DNA of 64,000 nt from Balanoglossus misakiensis. Taxonomy: Eukaryota > Animalia > Hemichordata. Position 1 is the first letter of the stretch. Each line of letters opens with the position of its first letter. Below are positions 1-10,875 of this stretch, piece after piece. The position numbers and the translations under genes are program-made. The stretch is from NCBI GenBank assembly GCA_040954595.2, contig CM082586.2, positions 8,215,337-8,279,336 on the forward strand, read 5' to 3'. The notes beneath the pieces were generated by a model that was given only the letters and a program-made list of their open reading frames with translations, was not told the DNA's origin and searched no databases.

Positions 1-752
1 GGTATATAGAGAAATTCGGAACAAGTTTTTAAAATGTATTTATTACGAAATAATGAAACCCACAGACTTGGAGCAAGTCTACCTGTCTATGGACGCCTCT
101 CATATTTTCGGTTCCCAGAGGTGTCCTTAATAGATAGGTTTCACATTTATTCTTATATTATTTGTTTATTTCATCATGACTTTGCAATTATTTGATTATT
201 TCCTTTTCTTTTAACATTAAACTAAATTTGAAACTTCAAACCAATCACTCAGGTGCGAGTGTTAGTTTAGCTTAAAGGATGCCGAAAATGCAAAGTGACA
301 AAATAAACCTGATAATCGCACTTCATATATGAACCATTACAGACGGGCCACGACATGCAATCATCTCAACGATGCTGCGGTGGGACACGTACATGCACAA
401 TCATGCCAGGTCGTGCATGTGAGCGCTAATGTCCGTGAAAAAATATTCTAGACTGACCAACTCCAGCAAAATTCGTCTGGTCTTATGGGTAAACGTGCAT
501 GGAGACACGTGTATTGGTCAGAACGTTTGACGTCAACGAATTCACTGACATTGACAAAGCCACGCAATCATAATATTGTATGTCCCAATGGCCCATAATG
601 GATGGGTTCAAGTACAAGCTGTGCTCTATGTAATGTATGCTGCCGTCCATGATGGGCCGTTGAGGCGTACCTTGTTGATTAATAAATATGCGTGTATCTC
701 ATACCATAATCTTCACTGTACATGTCTGGTACGAAGTCCAATAACTCTAACC

Positions 753-766
753 GGCCAAGATGGCGA
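753..766 (+). promoter_or_regulatory. YY1-like motif (CAAGATGGCG) just upstream of the start codon; duplicated at ~15161-15174
   Basis: ccaagatggcgagc in a CpG-containing stretch ~75 nt before ATG; motif match only. Confidence 0.3.
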
Positions 767-832
767 GCAGTTACGAGCGTATTTCGGTCGAGCTTAATGC
801 ATTTAGGTGATATTGTATGTTTAGATATAACC

Positions 833-1130
833 ATGGCAACCACTAGCACAGATATCCTTCCCCTCAGGGCTTTATTCCTCAGGTTACATAACGAACTGGG
901 AGAGGAAGAGGTAGCAATACTCAAATATTTACTGTCTGGAAGCCACATTGATGAAAGAGACGCGGAGAAGGCGAGGAATGCACTGGACTTATTCAGGCAG
1001 CTAGAAAAGCGTGGTCATGTGTCGAATACGAATGTGGAACTACTTGTAAACCTGATGAAACATTTAAAACTCGCACAGTTACAGGAAGAAGTGGAGGAGT
1101 TCCAGAGACAATCAACTTCAATGGTAGCAG
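833..1130 (+). CDS. Paralogue A exon 1: death effector domain (DED)
   Basis: LRALFLRLHNELGEEEVAILKYLL...ALDLFRQLEKRGHVSNTNVELLVNLMKHLKLAQLQEEVEEF matches the FADD/caspase-8-type DED pattern; donor CAG|gtaagg at 1130/1131. Confidence 0.85.
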
Positions 1131-4100
1131 GTAAGGCGTTTATAGACTGTACCACTACCAGTGTGTTTAACAGGCAACTACATGTACATGCCGCCATTGT
1201 TGCAGACTGTAACTTAGGGAATTAGGCCGCGTCGCACCGTCGACAGATTTTGGAACGTGTCGTTTGAGAGCCAATCCATTTTAAACGAAATATGTTAAAT
1301 GCGGAGCATATTCAAACACAATGGAAGTATTTTGATTATACATTGCTTTTATAATTTCGAATTAATCCGATTAGAAAAGGAAGTGCACGCAGACATTTGA
1401 AATCATGATTCTATTAAACTGAGTGCATACGTGTGTCAACATGAGACCAACCCCTGGCAATTAATCAAGTACTTGAATCGTGTCTCGCCATGAATAAATC
1501 GCTGGCATTATCGTGAATTCCACGGTGTCGATGCACAGGTATCAGGCCTGGGCGGCTACCCCGGGACATAATAGTCAATTGAGTTCTTCTCACCCATCAC
1601 TTAGCTTAGTGCCCGGTGGGTAAATGTTCAGGGGGTAACTGTCCTAAAACCGTTTGCACTACTTTTTGTCCCTACAATCATCAGGACTTTACCAATAATG
1701 TCAAAAAGTCACTAATACTTCGCTGCTGTCAGAATCGTACGCTGTTTCGTCATTCAATCGCAGCGGAAAATGCCAATTTAATGTAATGAACTCCGTCATA
1801 ACATACTTGAGTTATTCAGGACTCTACTATATATATATTTAAAACCAGTATTTATTGGTTTTTATCAGCAAATGGTGTATTCATATAAACAGTGACAGAG
1901 TGAAACGAGAGTGCCGTTAACTGCACGATTAGTCTGACTTTAAAACGGAAACTGCCATCTGGGGATTGAACGCCGTCACAGCGTATTTGGAGAACAAATC
2001 ACGGGTTATTCACGACTGTACTATGAGTGCAACCAAGATTTCCTGAATTTCTCTCTATCTTCTATAGTACATACATACAAATCGTTCATGACGTACACAA
2101 ATATGCATGGAAATTACACACATGATAATTTCATGTTCAGGAAAATGACAAAATGGTCGTCAAAGCAAATTTTAGTACGAATGCTAAGTAATCGTGAAAA
2201 TGCATGCTAGTCGGCTGAAGACATGGGGGGGGGGGGCTTATTTTTTTCAAATTATTGTAACTGTCACTGTATTTGGTACCGCGATGTATGAAATGTAACT
2301 CTTTTTAATCAAAGATGCCAAGTATTTTCTGCTTCACTTTCAAAGAATCCTCCAAATTAGCTTCTGTAGGGAACAGATCGCAAATTCTGTCATATTGTCA
2401 ACGCACATTTTTACATTTTAATTTTACAACAGGTAAAAGAAGAAGACGACACAGTCTCACTGACCTACAAGGACCGGAAATGCAACCCTGCGTTGGTGAG
2501 TACCATGAAATATTTTACTTAATTTTAGGTCTGGGTCAATAGTGATTATGCTATGGGTCCGTTCTTTAACATCACCAGTTACATTTGTCCCACATTTGAA
2601 TTCTGTATTTTAGTATTCATTCAAGGGACAATATTGTATGTCTTCTCAAAAAGTGACGGCAGTGTGACTGATTTTATAAAATTATATACTCAGAAACGCC
2701 ATTGCGACAATTTCGTCTGTGTTAACTACAATGACTCTTTAATCAAGTATGAAAATACGTCATCTACATGTTGTACATTTTACCCCCACAGATTTCACAG
2801 CTATGCTGACGTTGAAATGCGCAGAGTCAACTGTGGAGTACAAGCTTACCATAAAAGAAAAGTATGAAGAAAATGTCAGAGAATCACTAACCACAGCTAC
2901 AGAGATTTTTGAGAGGGAGTTCAGCCAAACAATTGACGGAAATAATCCCGAGAAAAACAGGTTGATAAAAGAAGCATTTAAACGATTTGAATTGGAATTG
3001 ATCAAGATGAAACGGTCCTCTGTTATACTTACTCTACGGTCATTCAAAATTCGTAGCATAGAACGTTTCCAAGACGGAATGGAAAGTGGTGATGTTGACA
3101 GACAACTGACTGACATATTTGTTACAAAGGCGATGAAAGCACTGATCAAAGACCAACCTTTAGAGTTCCGTGTGGAAGCTCACGTTGACCAATCACAATT
3201 GAAGATGGGAATACAGTACTATAAAGGTAAGAGTTCGCTGACAATACTTTGGTTTCTTTTCGTAGAACATTACGGGAGATTCATTTGATTTCTGGAGTGG
3301 ACGATACGGATAGGTCAGCAATTTTTTTTTTCATCCAGTGTTACAACATTATCTTCTTCAAGACAGTGCAGAGGAATTTGTTTTCTTCTCCACCATCTGC
3401 CAACATTTTTTTTTCTTCAAAAATTCCTTCACCCACCCCGAAGTAAAATGGTTCTCCCCTTAATTTCTAGCATGTGGTGATTTTTTTCAATGGCAGTTCA
3501 TGTTTGTTTATTTTGGCCAGGACAAATTAATACCATGTTCTTTGATATGGATCAGCCATAGTATGTGAATAGGGAATCTTGATCATACCACGAATATAAT
3601 GCATGGCATTATTTTCGGTCCGTTACATTATACATGTATTTGGTTTCTGGACTCTGGTGTGAGCGTTATTGTACAAATTCACTGTTTTGACGGCAGTGAA
3701 TAGTGATGTACATTATTTTGATAAAATTTGTGCAGTTTTCTAATATTTTGTTCCGTATATACTCACAGATTTGCACCAAGACAACCAGGTTTTTGCCGGA
3801 GCCAGGAGCAGAAAATTACAACAACCAAGCCTAGGTGAATTCCCAGGTGTAGATCAACTGAATTTGGTTTCAACAAAATGGCCGGCCAGAGAGGAAGCCG
3901 CGAAGATTGGTCTTGTTATGTTCGAGTGTAGTAATGGATTCCGGAAACGACTACAAGTGGTCACAGTACAACACGACATCGACCAGAGAAAGATCACATA
4001 TCTGGAGCAGACGAAATCTCTCCAACAAGAAGAAATCAAACGACTCCAGAGTGCCAAAGAACGAGCAGAAAAAATAGCTGTGCGTGAGAGGATAAAACGA

Positions 4101-6807
4101 AATGCTCCACCAGTGGTATGTAATGTACACGTGTAATAATGAGGCATTTCTTTCTTTTTGTTTTATAAACCAACTCTGAGTGAATTAATTGTTTGTAAAT
4201 TTGCAAACGCTGTAACTCCAGCTTTAGAGTTACACAATATCTAAGGCTGCAGCGCATGAGAAACTTTATGAGCAAAAAGTTATTCGAGGAATTTTGCTTA
4301 GTAATTTTCCTCTTGTGTGCGTCCGTCTTGAGTAATTTCTCTCACAAGGAAACATATCAAAGTCGTTGAATATTTTGATCCACAGCACAAAAGTATAAAA
4401 AGAAAATCATCAAAAATCGCCGGATATTTGATTAGCAAAATTCCTCGAATGATTTTTCGCACAGCTAAATTCTCTCTTGTGCGACAGCCTTCATACGCCG
4501 TATGCACTTGTCACCCTTCAATTCTCCACATTCATCCTCAATGAACATCGCTATAGCGTCTGTGAATTACTAAGTATTAATATCATTCCTTTTTGAAAAA
4601 CCTTAGCTCTGTTTAAATATGAATTTAGATGTTTTAGTAGCTTTGATGATTTCTTAATTAATACCTTTATCAAACTACATAAACAATAATATAATAATCG
4701 TAGTTGAGCTCTAGAGAGGCTAGGAAAATTCGACAATTTAAAAATGTGAATGTTTTTCTCATTGTATTACTTTCGATAGAAAAGGCCGCAAATGGTGGTG
4801 TTTTGTTTTATATAAAGAATTTTTTTGCACTATTTAAATTTCCAGGACGAAGTCTCCAAAATAAAGCACAAAACGGAAGACGTAGAAGAAGGTCAATGTG
4901 AAGGTTGCAAAGAAACTGAATCGCTACACAGATGCAAAGAATGCAGTGCGAAGTTTTGTTCTTCCTGTATAGTTGTCCATGAAGACACAGAAGCGGTCAA
5001 GGGGCAGAGTGACGTCACACTCGACAAATACTTAGAAGAAATAGCAAGTCAGAAATCACAGCAAAGTCAAGTATACTGCAGCTTTCACACACAGAATGAA
5101 GTACATCTTTTTTGTGATAGTTGTCAAGATTGCATCTGTCCTGAATGTATTGCCAAACATCCAATTCCTGACCATGTCCACAGAGAGATACAAGAAGCAG
5201 CTGATGATTACAGACAACAACTGAGCGAGATGGTGACGAAGTTGAGAAGAAATGAACAGGCCATCAAGTCACGTGACACTGGAAGTGAGACCATCAAAGA
5301 TGACCTGGAAGTACATCGCCAAGAAGCAGAGAAGAAAGTGAGAAATAAAGTAAAAGAGAGAATACAAATGGTGAAGAGGGAAGAGTTCAGACTGGTTGAA
5401 GAATTGAATCTTGGATACAAGGCGACCAGACAAACCATTGAAAGTGAAGTCGACGATTGGGAAGAAATACATGGAAATATTTCCAAGGCATGTGATTATA
5501 TTGACTCACTGGTGCATGATGGGAGTTCTGCTCAACTCATGACGTCCAAGAAACCTACGCTGCTTCGCATTCAAGAATTCGCTCATAAAGTGAATCAATT
5601 CATCAAATGTGAGTTGATCAAATTCAACCCTTCTGCAGACCCTCCAGAGCATGGAATGATGGGATTACTGACATTCGATATCAGTGCATCACAGTGTAGA
5701 GTAGAGGGCATTCCCAAAAGACTCGTCAGGGGTGAGTCTGCTGACGTCATTGTCAGAATCGAAGACAGAAGAGGGAAACCAGTCATATCATACAAAGCAA
5801 TCACAGCAAAGATCTGCAAAGAAGATGGGTCACAAGAGGACGTTGGAGTGGTTGACAACAGAGATGGTACACACAGTGTGAGAATTCATGCAGTTGTCGG
5901 TGGTAGACATGAAGTCAACATAACACTTGGTGATCAGCCGATACCAGGATCACCATTTGTAGTTTCTGTCAAGGGTTTGGTGAAGATAATAGGCAAAGGT
6001 CAGCTTGACACACCACTAGGGATAACTACTAATAAACACGGCGACTTTGTTACAGCTGACCTGGGTAACAATAGGGTACACATAGCCGACAGAGATGGAA
6101 ATCACAAATCAAGTTTAACATTCACACAGTTTGAAAAGCCATTCACACCATACGATGTGGCAATATCAGCTGATGATGAATACTTTGTGACAGATGCCAG
6201 CAACAAACAAGTAGTTGTAAGCGATGAGGATGGAGAAGTACTCAGGCCCTTTGGACAACCTGAACTGAAATATCCCTGTGGAATTGGTATCAGTCCTCTA
6301 GATGGCAGTGTGTATGTCACAGACTATGATGGAAAGGGTAATGACACAGACAAGGAAGGTAGTCACTGTGTCAGGAAATACACACAGCATGGTCAGCACA
6401 TCAAATCCTTTGGAAAGTATGGCACTGAAGAGGGAGAATTCAGAGGACCTGTATATGTGGATATCAACAGTCAAGGAGAAGCATTTGTATCAGATCACAA
6501 CAATAGACGAGTTCAGGTGTTCAGTGCAGACTGTGAGTTTTTATACTCATTTCACAACATCAGCACAGAAGACAGCCTGAAATGGCCATTGGGAATAGTG
6601 ACAGATAAAGACGGAAATGTGTATGTCTGTGACAGAGGACACACACGTGTGGTGAAGTTAGACAGCAGAGGGAGATTCATATCTCGCATTGACAGTGATG
6701 AGGATGGACTTGAGTGGCCAGATGGCATCAGACTGACCAATGATGTACCATGCAGAGTTGCTGTAGTTGACTGCTCCAATAACTGCATTAAAGTGTTTGC
6801 CCAATAA
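833..6807 (+). CDS. Paralogue A: spliced RING-less TRIM-NHL-like protein with N-terminal DED and TRADD-N-like domain (DED-NLS-TRADD-N-CC-Bbox1-Bbox2-CC-filamin-NHL), 1034 aa
   Basis: Exons 833-1130, 2433-2495, 2792-3226, 3769-4115 and 4846-6807 are all bounded by GT..AG, with intron phases 1,1,1,0. They join into one open 3105-nt frame from a Kozak-like aaccATGg to TAA 6805-6807. The same exon structure is conserved in paralogue B. Confidence 0.85.
2433..2495 (+). CDS. Paralogue A exon 2: 63-nt micro-exon with basic KRRRR patch
   Basis: T-rich tract followed by acag|; donor G|gtgagt; phase 1-1; encodes GKRRRRHSLTDLQGPEMQPCV; homologous in-frame exon in copy B. Confidence 0.75.
2792..3226 (+). 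CDS. Paralogue A exon 3: TRADD-N-like domain
   Basis: ccccacag| acceptor (an alternative in-frame AG at 2799-2800); AAAG|gtaaga donor; phase 1-1. ELIKMKRSSVILTLRS..SIERFQDGMESGDVDRQLTDIFVT..LEFRVEAHVDQ resembles the invertebrate TRADD-like N-terminal pattern, judged by eye. Confidence 0.65.
3272..3461. mobile_element. Old MITE in intron 3, also present in copy B (~17673-17852)
   Basis: Degenerate inverted ends (gggagattcatttga ... aaaatggttctcccct) with a T/C-rich interior; diverged homologue at the same site in copy B. Confidence 0.4.
3769..4115 (+). CDS. Paralogue A exon 4: linker and coiled coil
   Basis: ctcacag| acceptor; GTG|gtatgt donor; phase 1-0; heptad-like RKITYLEQTKSLQQEEIKRLQSAKERAEK. 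Confidence 0.75.
4273..4457. repeat. Inverted-repeat element in intron 4, also in copy B (~18644-18834)
   Basis: aaaaagttattcgaggaattttgct ... agcaaaattcctcgaatgattttt. Confidence 0.5.
4846..6807 (+). CDS. Paralogue A exon 5: B-box1, B-box2, coiled coil, filamin and six NHL repeats (TRIM2/3/71-like module)
   Basis: tttccag|GAC acceptor; CEGC..CKEC..FCSSC..H; CSFH..FCDSC..ICPEC..H..H; VVDNRDGTHSV..G.HEVNITL...IPGSPF (filamin); six P-x-G/D..V-x-D..N..V repeats. Confidence 0.92.
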   Translation, partial: DEVSKIKHKTEDVEEGQCEGCKETESLHRCKECSAKFCSSCIVVHEDTEAVKGQSDVTLDKYLEEIASQKSQQSQVYCSFHTQNEVHLFCDSCQDCICPECIAKHPIPDHVHREIQEAADDYRQQLSEMVTKLRRNEQAIKSRDTGSETIKDDLEVHRQEAEKKVRNKVKERIQMVKREEFRLVEELNLGYKATRQTIESEVDDWEEIHGNISKACDYIDSLVHDGSSAQLMTSKKPTLLRIQEFAHKVNQFIKCELIKFNPSADPPEHGMMGLLTFDISASQCRVEGIPKRLVRGESADVIVRIEDRRGKPVISYKAITAKICKEDGSQEDVGVVDNRDGTHSVRIHAVVGGRHEVNITLGDQPIPGSPFVVSVKGLVKIIGKGQLDTPLGITTNKHGDFVTADLGNNRVHIADRDGNHKSSLTFTQFEKPFTPYDVAISADDEYFVTDASNKQVVVSDEDGEVLRPFGQPELKYPCGIGISPLDGSVYVTDYDGKGNDTDKEGSHCVRKYTQHGQHIKSFGKYGTEEGEFRGPVYVDINSQGEAFVSDHNNRRVQVFSADCEFLYSFHNISTEDSLKWPLGIVTDKDGNVYVCDRGHTRVVKLDSRGRFISRIDSDEDGLEWPDGIRLTNDVPCRVAVVDCSNNCIKVFAQ

Positions 6808-9800
6808 ACACAGCAGCAAATGTTGTGTATCCTGGAAGGGAGAAAGAAAACAAAGAAACGGTGAGAATTTCACCAATACACGCAGAACAATAGTGTCACT
6901 GAGGATGAAGGGAAACATGAATAGAATTGGTGTACTATTGTTACTACTAGTATGTTCCACAATAACTTACAACAAAAAATATTGTAGAATACTAGTATTT
7001 TATATGTTGGATACGGTGGCTAGTCAGACTATGCTGCTAAATAAATATAAACTCACAATTATTCAAGGAATAAATTAAAAAGGATATTAAATTAACAGAG
7101 ATGTAAATTTAAAGTGTTGACAATGTGATGTGTGCAATTGCTGAATCCCTCAAAAGAAAGCTCTGATACCGTGTAAAGAAAATAACACAAATGTCAGATC
7201 TGAGGGTAAGCAATTTGCTTCAAAAACTCTGAGAGATTCCCAAAAGTTGATGAACTCAGTAAATAGTGAGCATCACATTTGGTAACTAACCAGACCACAG
7301 AAAGTAGTGCAGCAACCGGGAAGAATATTTGCACAGTGACAAATGAAAGCTTTTAGCAGAAGATTTTGCCGTTTAATAAGTATTTGTTTTATTGGAAAAG
7401 GAGGAACTCCTTGAATTGTGAATTTTTAAAATATACTTTATTCCTTTGGACGTAAAAGTATATAAACAGCGCTAAAATCGTGCGCACAATAAGACAGTTA
7501 TTTTGTAGAGATTTTGGTTTACTAGACTTCACATCATTTTGAGTTCTATCACAAATGACGTGTTTTCAAAAATTGAAAATATTGTAAATTTATTGGTTTT
7601 AATCAGCAAATTGGGTTTTCATAAATACCGGTTGAGTGAAACGAGATTGCCTTTAACAGTACTGTTAAAATATGAGTTAACATTGAGATACAAAGTATAC
7701 AAGGAAATGTTTTATTACCCAGAAAGATGAAGAATTTCAGAACTATTTTTATCTATAATGTGCTTCTTCAGTTTTGTTATCTTCTTTGGTTTTGTTTAAA
7801 TAGCCGATGTATTCTGAGATTTTAATAAAAAAGCAGATCACATTTGATGTTTGGATGTCCTTTTTCATTAAAAATGATACTAAGGAGTTACTACACTAAT
7901 GGAAAAAATGGATGATATTATAAAATCATATGATTTATAATTTGTGATGATAACATGATGCCAAAATTGAAATACATTTCCAATACATTTGCTGACATAA
8001 AATGTCACACCCCACTTGCTCCACCTGTATTCGAAAAATGTACAGCTGTGAATGAAAATAAAATATTGCCTGATATGTAGGGATGACGAATATCAAAAAC
8101 AAAGTTGACGGAAAGAAGATGAGACCTGAGACGCTGAGACCAAATAGAAAGGGAACCAAAAATGACATTTAATGATGTCATTATTTTGACCAGTTTCCTG
8201 CAGGACGACGCATTGTGTCCATGCGTGACCTAAGGTCAAGTTTCGATAGTATTTAAGACTTTGCGTGATAACGAAACACGTTTATTAGCACAGAGGGAGC
8301 TATATGTGTTCAACCCTGAGAGAAAATTTAGCCAAATATCCAGTAAGAACTGTTTAAACGTTAAAACACCGTTAAAACCAAAGAACGAAGTTACTACACG
8401 CCACAGATAAACTCATTTTAAATGGAGGGGTTTTTCGACGAAACCAAGGAATCCTCCTCACACATGTCGTTATCAAAATCACTTAAGCCCCCTCCATCAG
8501 AATATGACTGCTTCAAAGAAAGTTGCTAATAAATCCGGGTATAATTAACTGACAAAGTTTTAAAGTCATATCAACAAACTGTTATTGAAGTCTTTGTATC
8601 AGACGGCCAATATTTCTTGTCAACAAGCAATAAAATGAGGGTTGACATTTCAATGAGGTCATATAATGATTACTGTATTGCACGGGCATAGGGAATACAT
8701 GTACAAGGTAATTTAACCACCAGCTGCGATCTACATTGATATCCCTATTACTGTGTATGAATCTCTGATTCTAAATGCAATTCGGTTCAAAATTTGCCAG
8801 ATTTAATAATAATATGTACCAATAGAAACAATGGGCTTATTAAGTCTTGGCAGGTGGCTAGTTTTGACTTCAGAAGTGGGTCAATGATTGGCCTTCTCCT
8901 TGTCTTTATGGTAATCAATAAATGTTAGCAGACACAAGTGCGCGGTGCTTTATGTCTTTATCAGACATGTCTGTTGCGAAGAAGTACAAGGATGACACGG
9001 TCTTCTTTAATCGACGATTTATTCCATGGATGCGAACCAATACGAAAAACCAAACCTATAGACCCATTCAGACAAAAACTATTTACAAGTCTTGGGCCAA
9101 AACTTTAACTACAGTGGGACAACACTGTTAGGCCTTTCAAATATTCAAATAAAGTATTGACATGCAAAATAAAGAGTTAAAATGCAAATTAAGTATGACG
9201 GGAGTGGTTCTTCTTTTCTCCAATGTCCTTTACACAAACAAACATGCATAGCTGAACTGCCAGTCTGTCGTTTGACCACAGTGGAACTTGTATTAGTAGA
9301 ATATGTTGAACGGGTTCACAATCTGAAGGGGGTTGTGGCGCAGAATTGTCTGACAATGAGGTAACACAGTATGGTCATAGTATGGGGTAAATCCCAGCCA
9401 AAATACAATTATTTAATAATTTAGCTACAGTTACCATGGTAAATTTAGATCAAGTCAATCACAGATTTTCAGAGGGTGGCACTATATGTTCTTCAGAACA
9501 CTCAGAAACGCTATTTTTGCCATTTATGGACATATGTAAATTGGAGGTGGTCGTGTACCTTTAACTGAGGCTTCGGTCAAAATCGCATGCTCGAACGACA
9601 AAAGCGAGCTCGAGACACGGGTGAACCAATACAAGTTGTCTGCCACCAGGCATGAGTTGTCATCATTCCTCTGGGCCTGGTGTTTTCACAAGTGTAGAAC
9701 ACACAACATAGACACAGGTTGGGCCGTAACTTGTCAACCGAATTATGTTTAAAACGCCCATTGAGTTGACTGTTGGGACCAATACTGACAAAGAGGCAAT

Positions 9801-10075
9801 TACGCATGAATTATTGCCTGGTGTATATGAATAGACGTGACGAATTTCAAAAGCCAAGTTATACTATACGAAACAGTGACAGGTATTGTGTAAGTTTTTT
9901 TCCAAAGCGGTTTCTGTCTGGACACTGTGAGCAAGTAGGAAGGGAACCAAAACTGACATTTAATGATGTCATTACAATGACCAGTTACCCGCAGGATGAC
10001 GCATTGTGTCCATGCGTGACCTAAGGTCAAGTTTCAATAGTATTTAAGACTTTGCGTGATAACGAAACACGTTTA

Positions 10076-10875
10076 GGCTGCATTCACAAACACCTCTGGA
10101 GGGGGGGGCGGGAGAATTCAATTTTTTTTACCGTTAATTTTCACATGCCCCCCTCAACAACCCGAAATATTTTCAAATCCCCCCCTTCCGAACTGCTAAA
10201 ATTTTCAAATCCCCCCCCCCCCATTTTCTTTCACTCAGCAAAACACATCACCTATCTATCTTGTAAAAAAGAAAAACAGCGCTCCCATGAAAAGAATTTG
10301 AAACTGATGTTTCCCCTCATCAGTGGGTATTAAAACTGAACATTGTTTTTATTTTTTAAGTATCTGTATTCTGTGTTGGGAGACATTGTAAACCAAGAAT
10401 TGAAGGGGGTGGGTTTGGGAGGGGGTGTCCCCCTCCCACGTAAGAAAATTTTATAAAATACAGAGCTCAAAAGCTGCATTTTAATGAACCTGGCAAAAGC
10501 ACATTAACTCAACTACCGGTATGTAGGGGAGGACAAATTTAACCGCCGCCGCTCAAAGTTATCATGGGGTGGGGGCAAGTCCCCTGACCTGGGACACTAG
10601 ATAAACCAGTCAATGTTTGAAAGGTGTTGATAAATGGAGGGGGTGGGTGTGGGAGGGGGTGTCCCCCTCCCACATTAGAAAATTTTGTAAAATAAAGGGC
10701 GCGAAACTGCATTTTTGTGGACTCAAAATAAATATTTAGTCGTCAAAGTTTTCAAGTCCCCCCCTTTCAGTCCCTAAATTATTTCAAATCCCCCCCCTTG
10801 CATACCCTCAATTTTTTCAAATCCCCCCCCTCAATTCTCCTGCCCCCCCCTCCAGAGGTGTTTGTGAATGCAGCC
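10076..10875. mobile_element. PIF/Harbinger-type (Tourist-like) MITE, 800 bp
   Basis: Perfect 34-bp TIR ggctgcattcacaaacacctctggaggggggggc; TTA TSD (10073-10075 and 10876-10878). The empty site acacgtTTAttagcac is visible in sister repeat units at ~8276 and ~13097. Confidence 0.9.

Noticed and set aside
722-832. Upstream in-frame ATGs extending the DED ORF (also 15130-15240)
   Set aside because: The extension has no domain character; ATG 833 has a better Kozak context and starts right at the DED. Not excluded without transcript data.
5208-6960. Antisense and alternate-frame ORFs overlapping the TRIM-NHL exons (also 19812-21331)
   Set aside because: Shadow ORFs of the real coding strand with no independent motifs.
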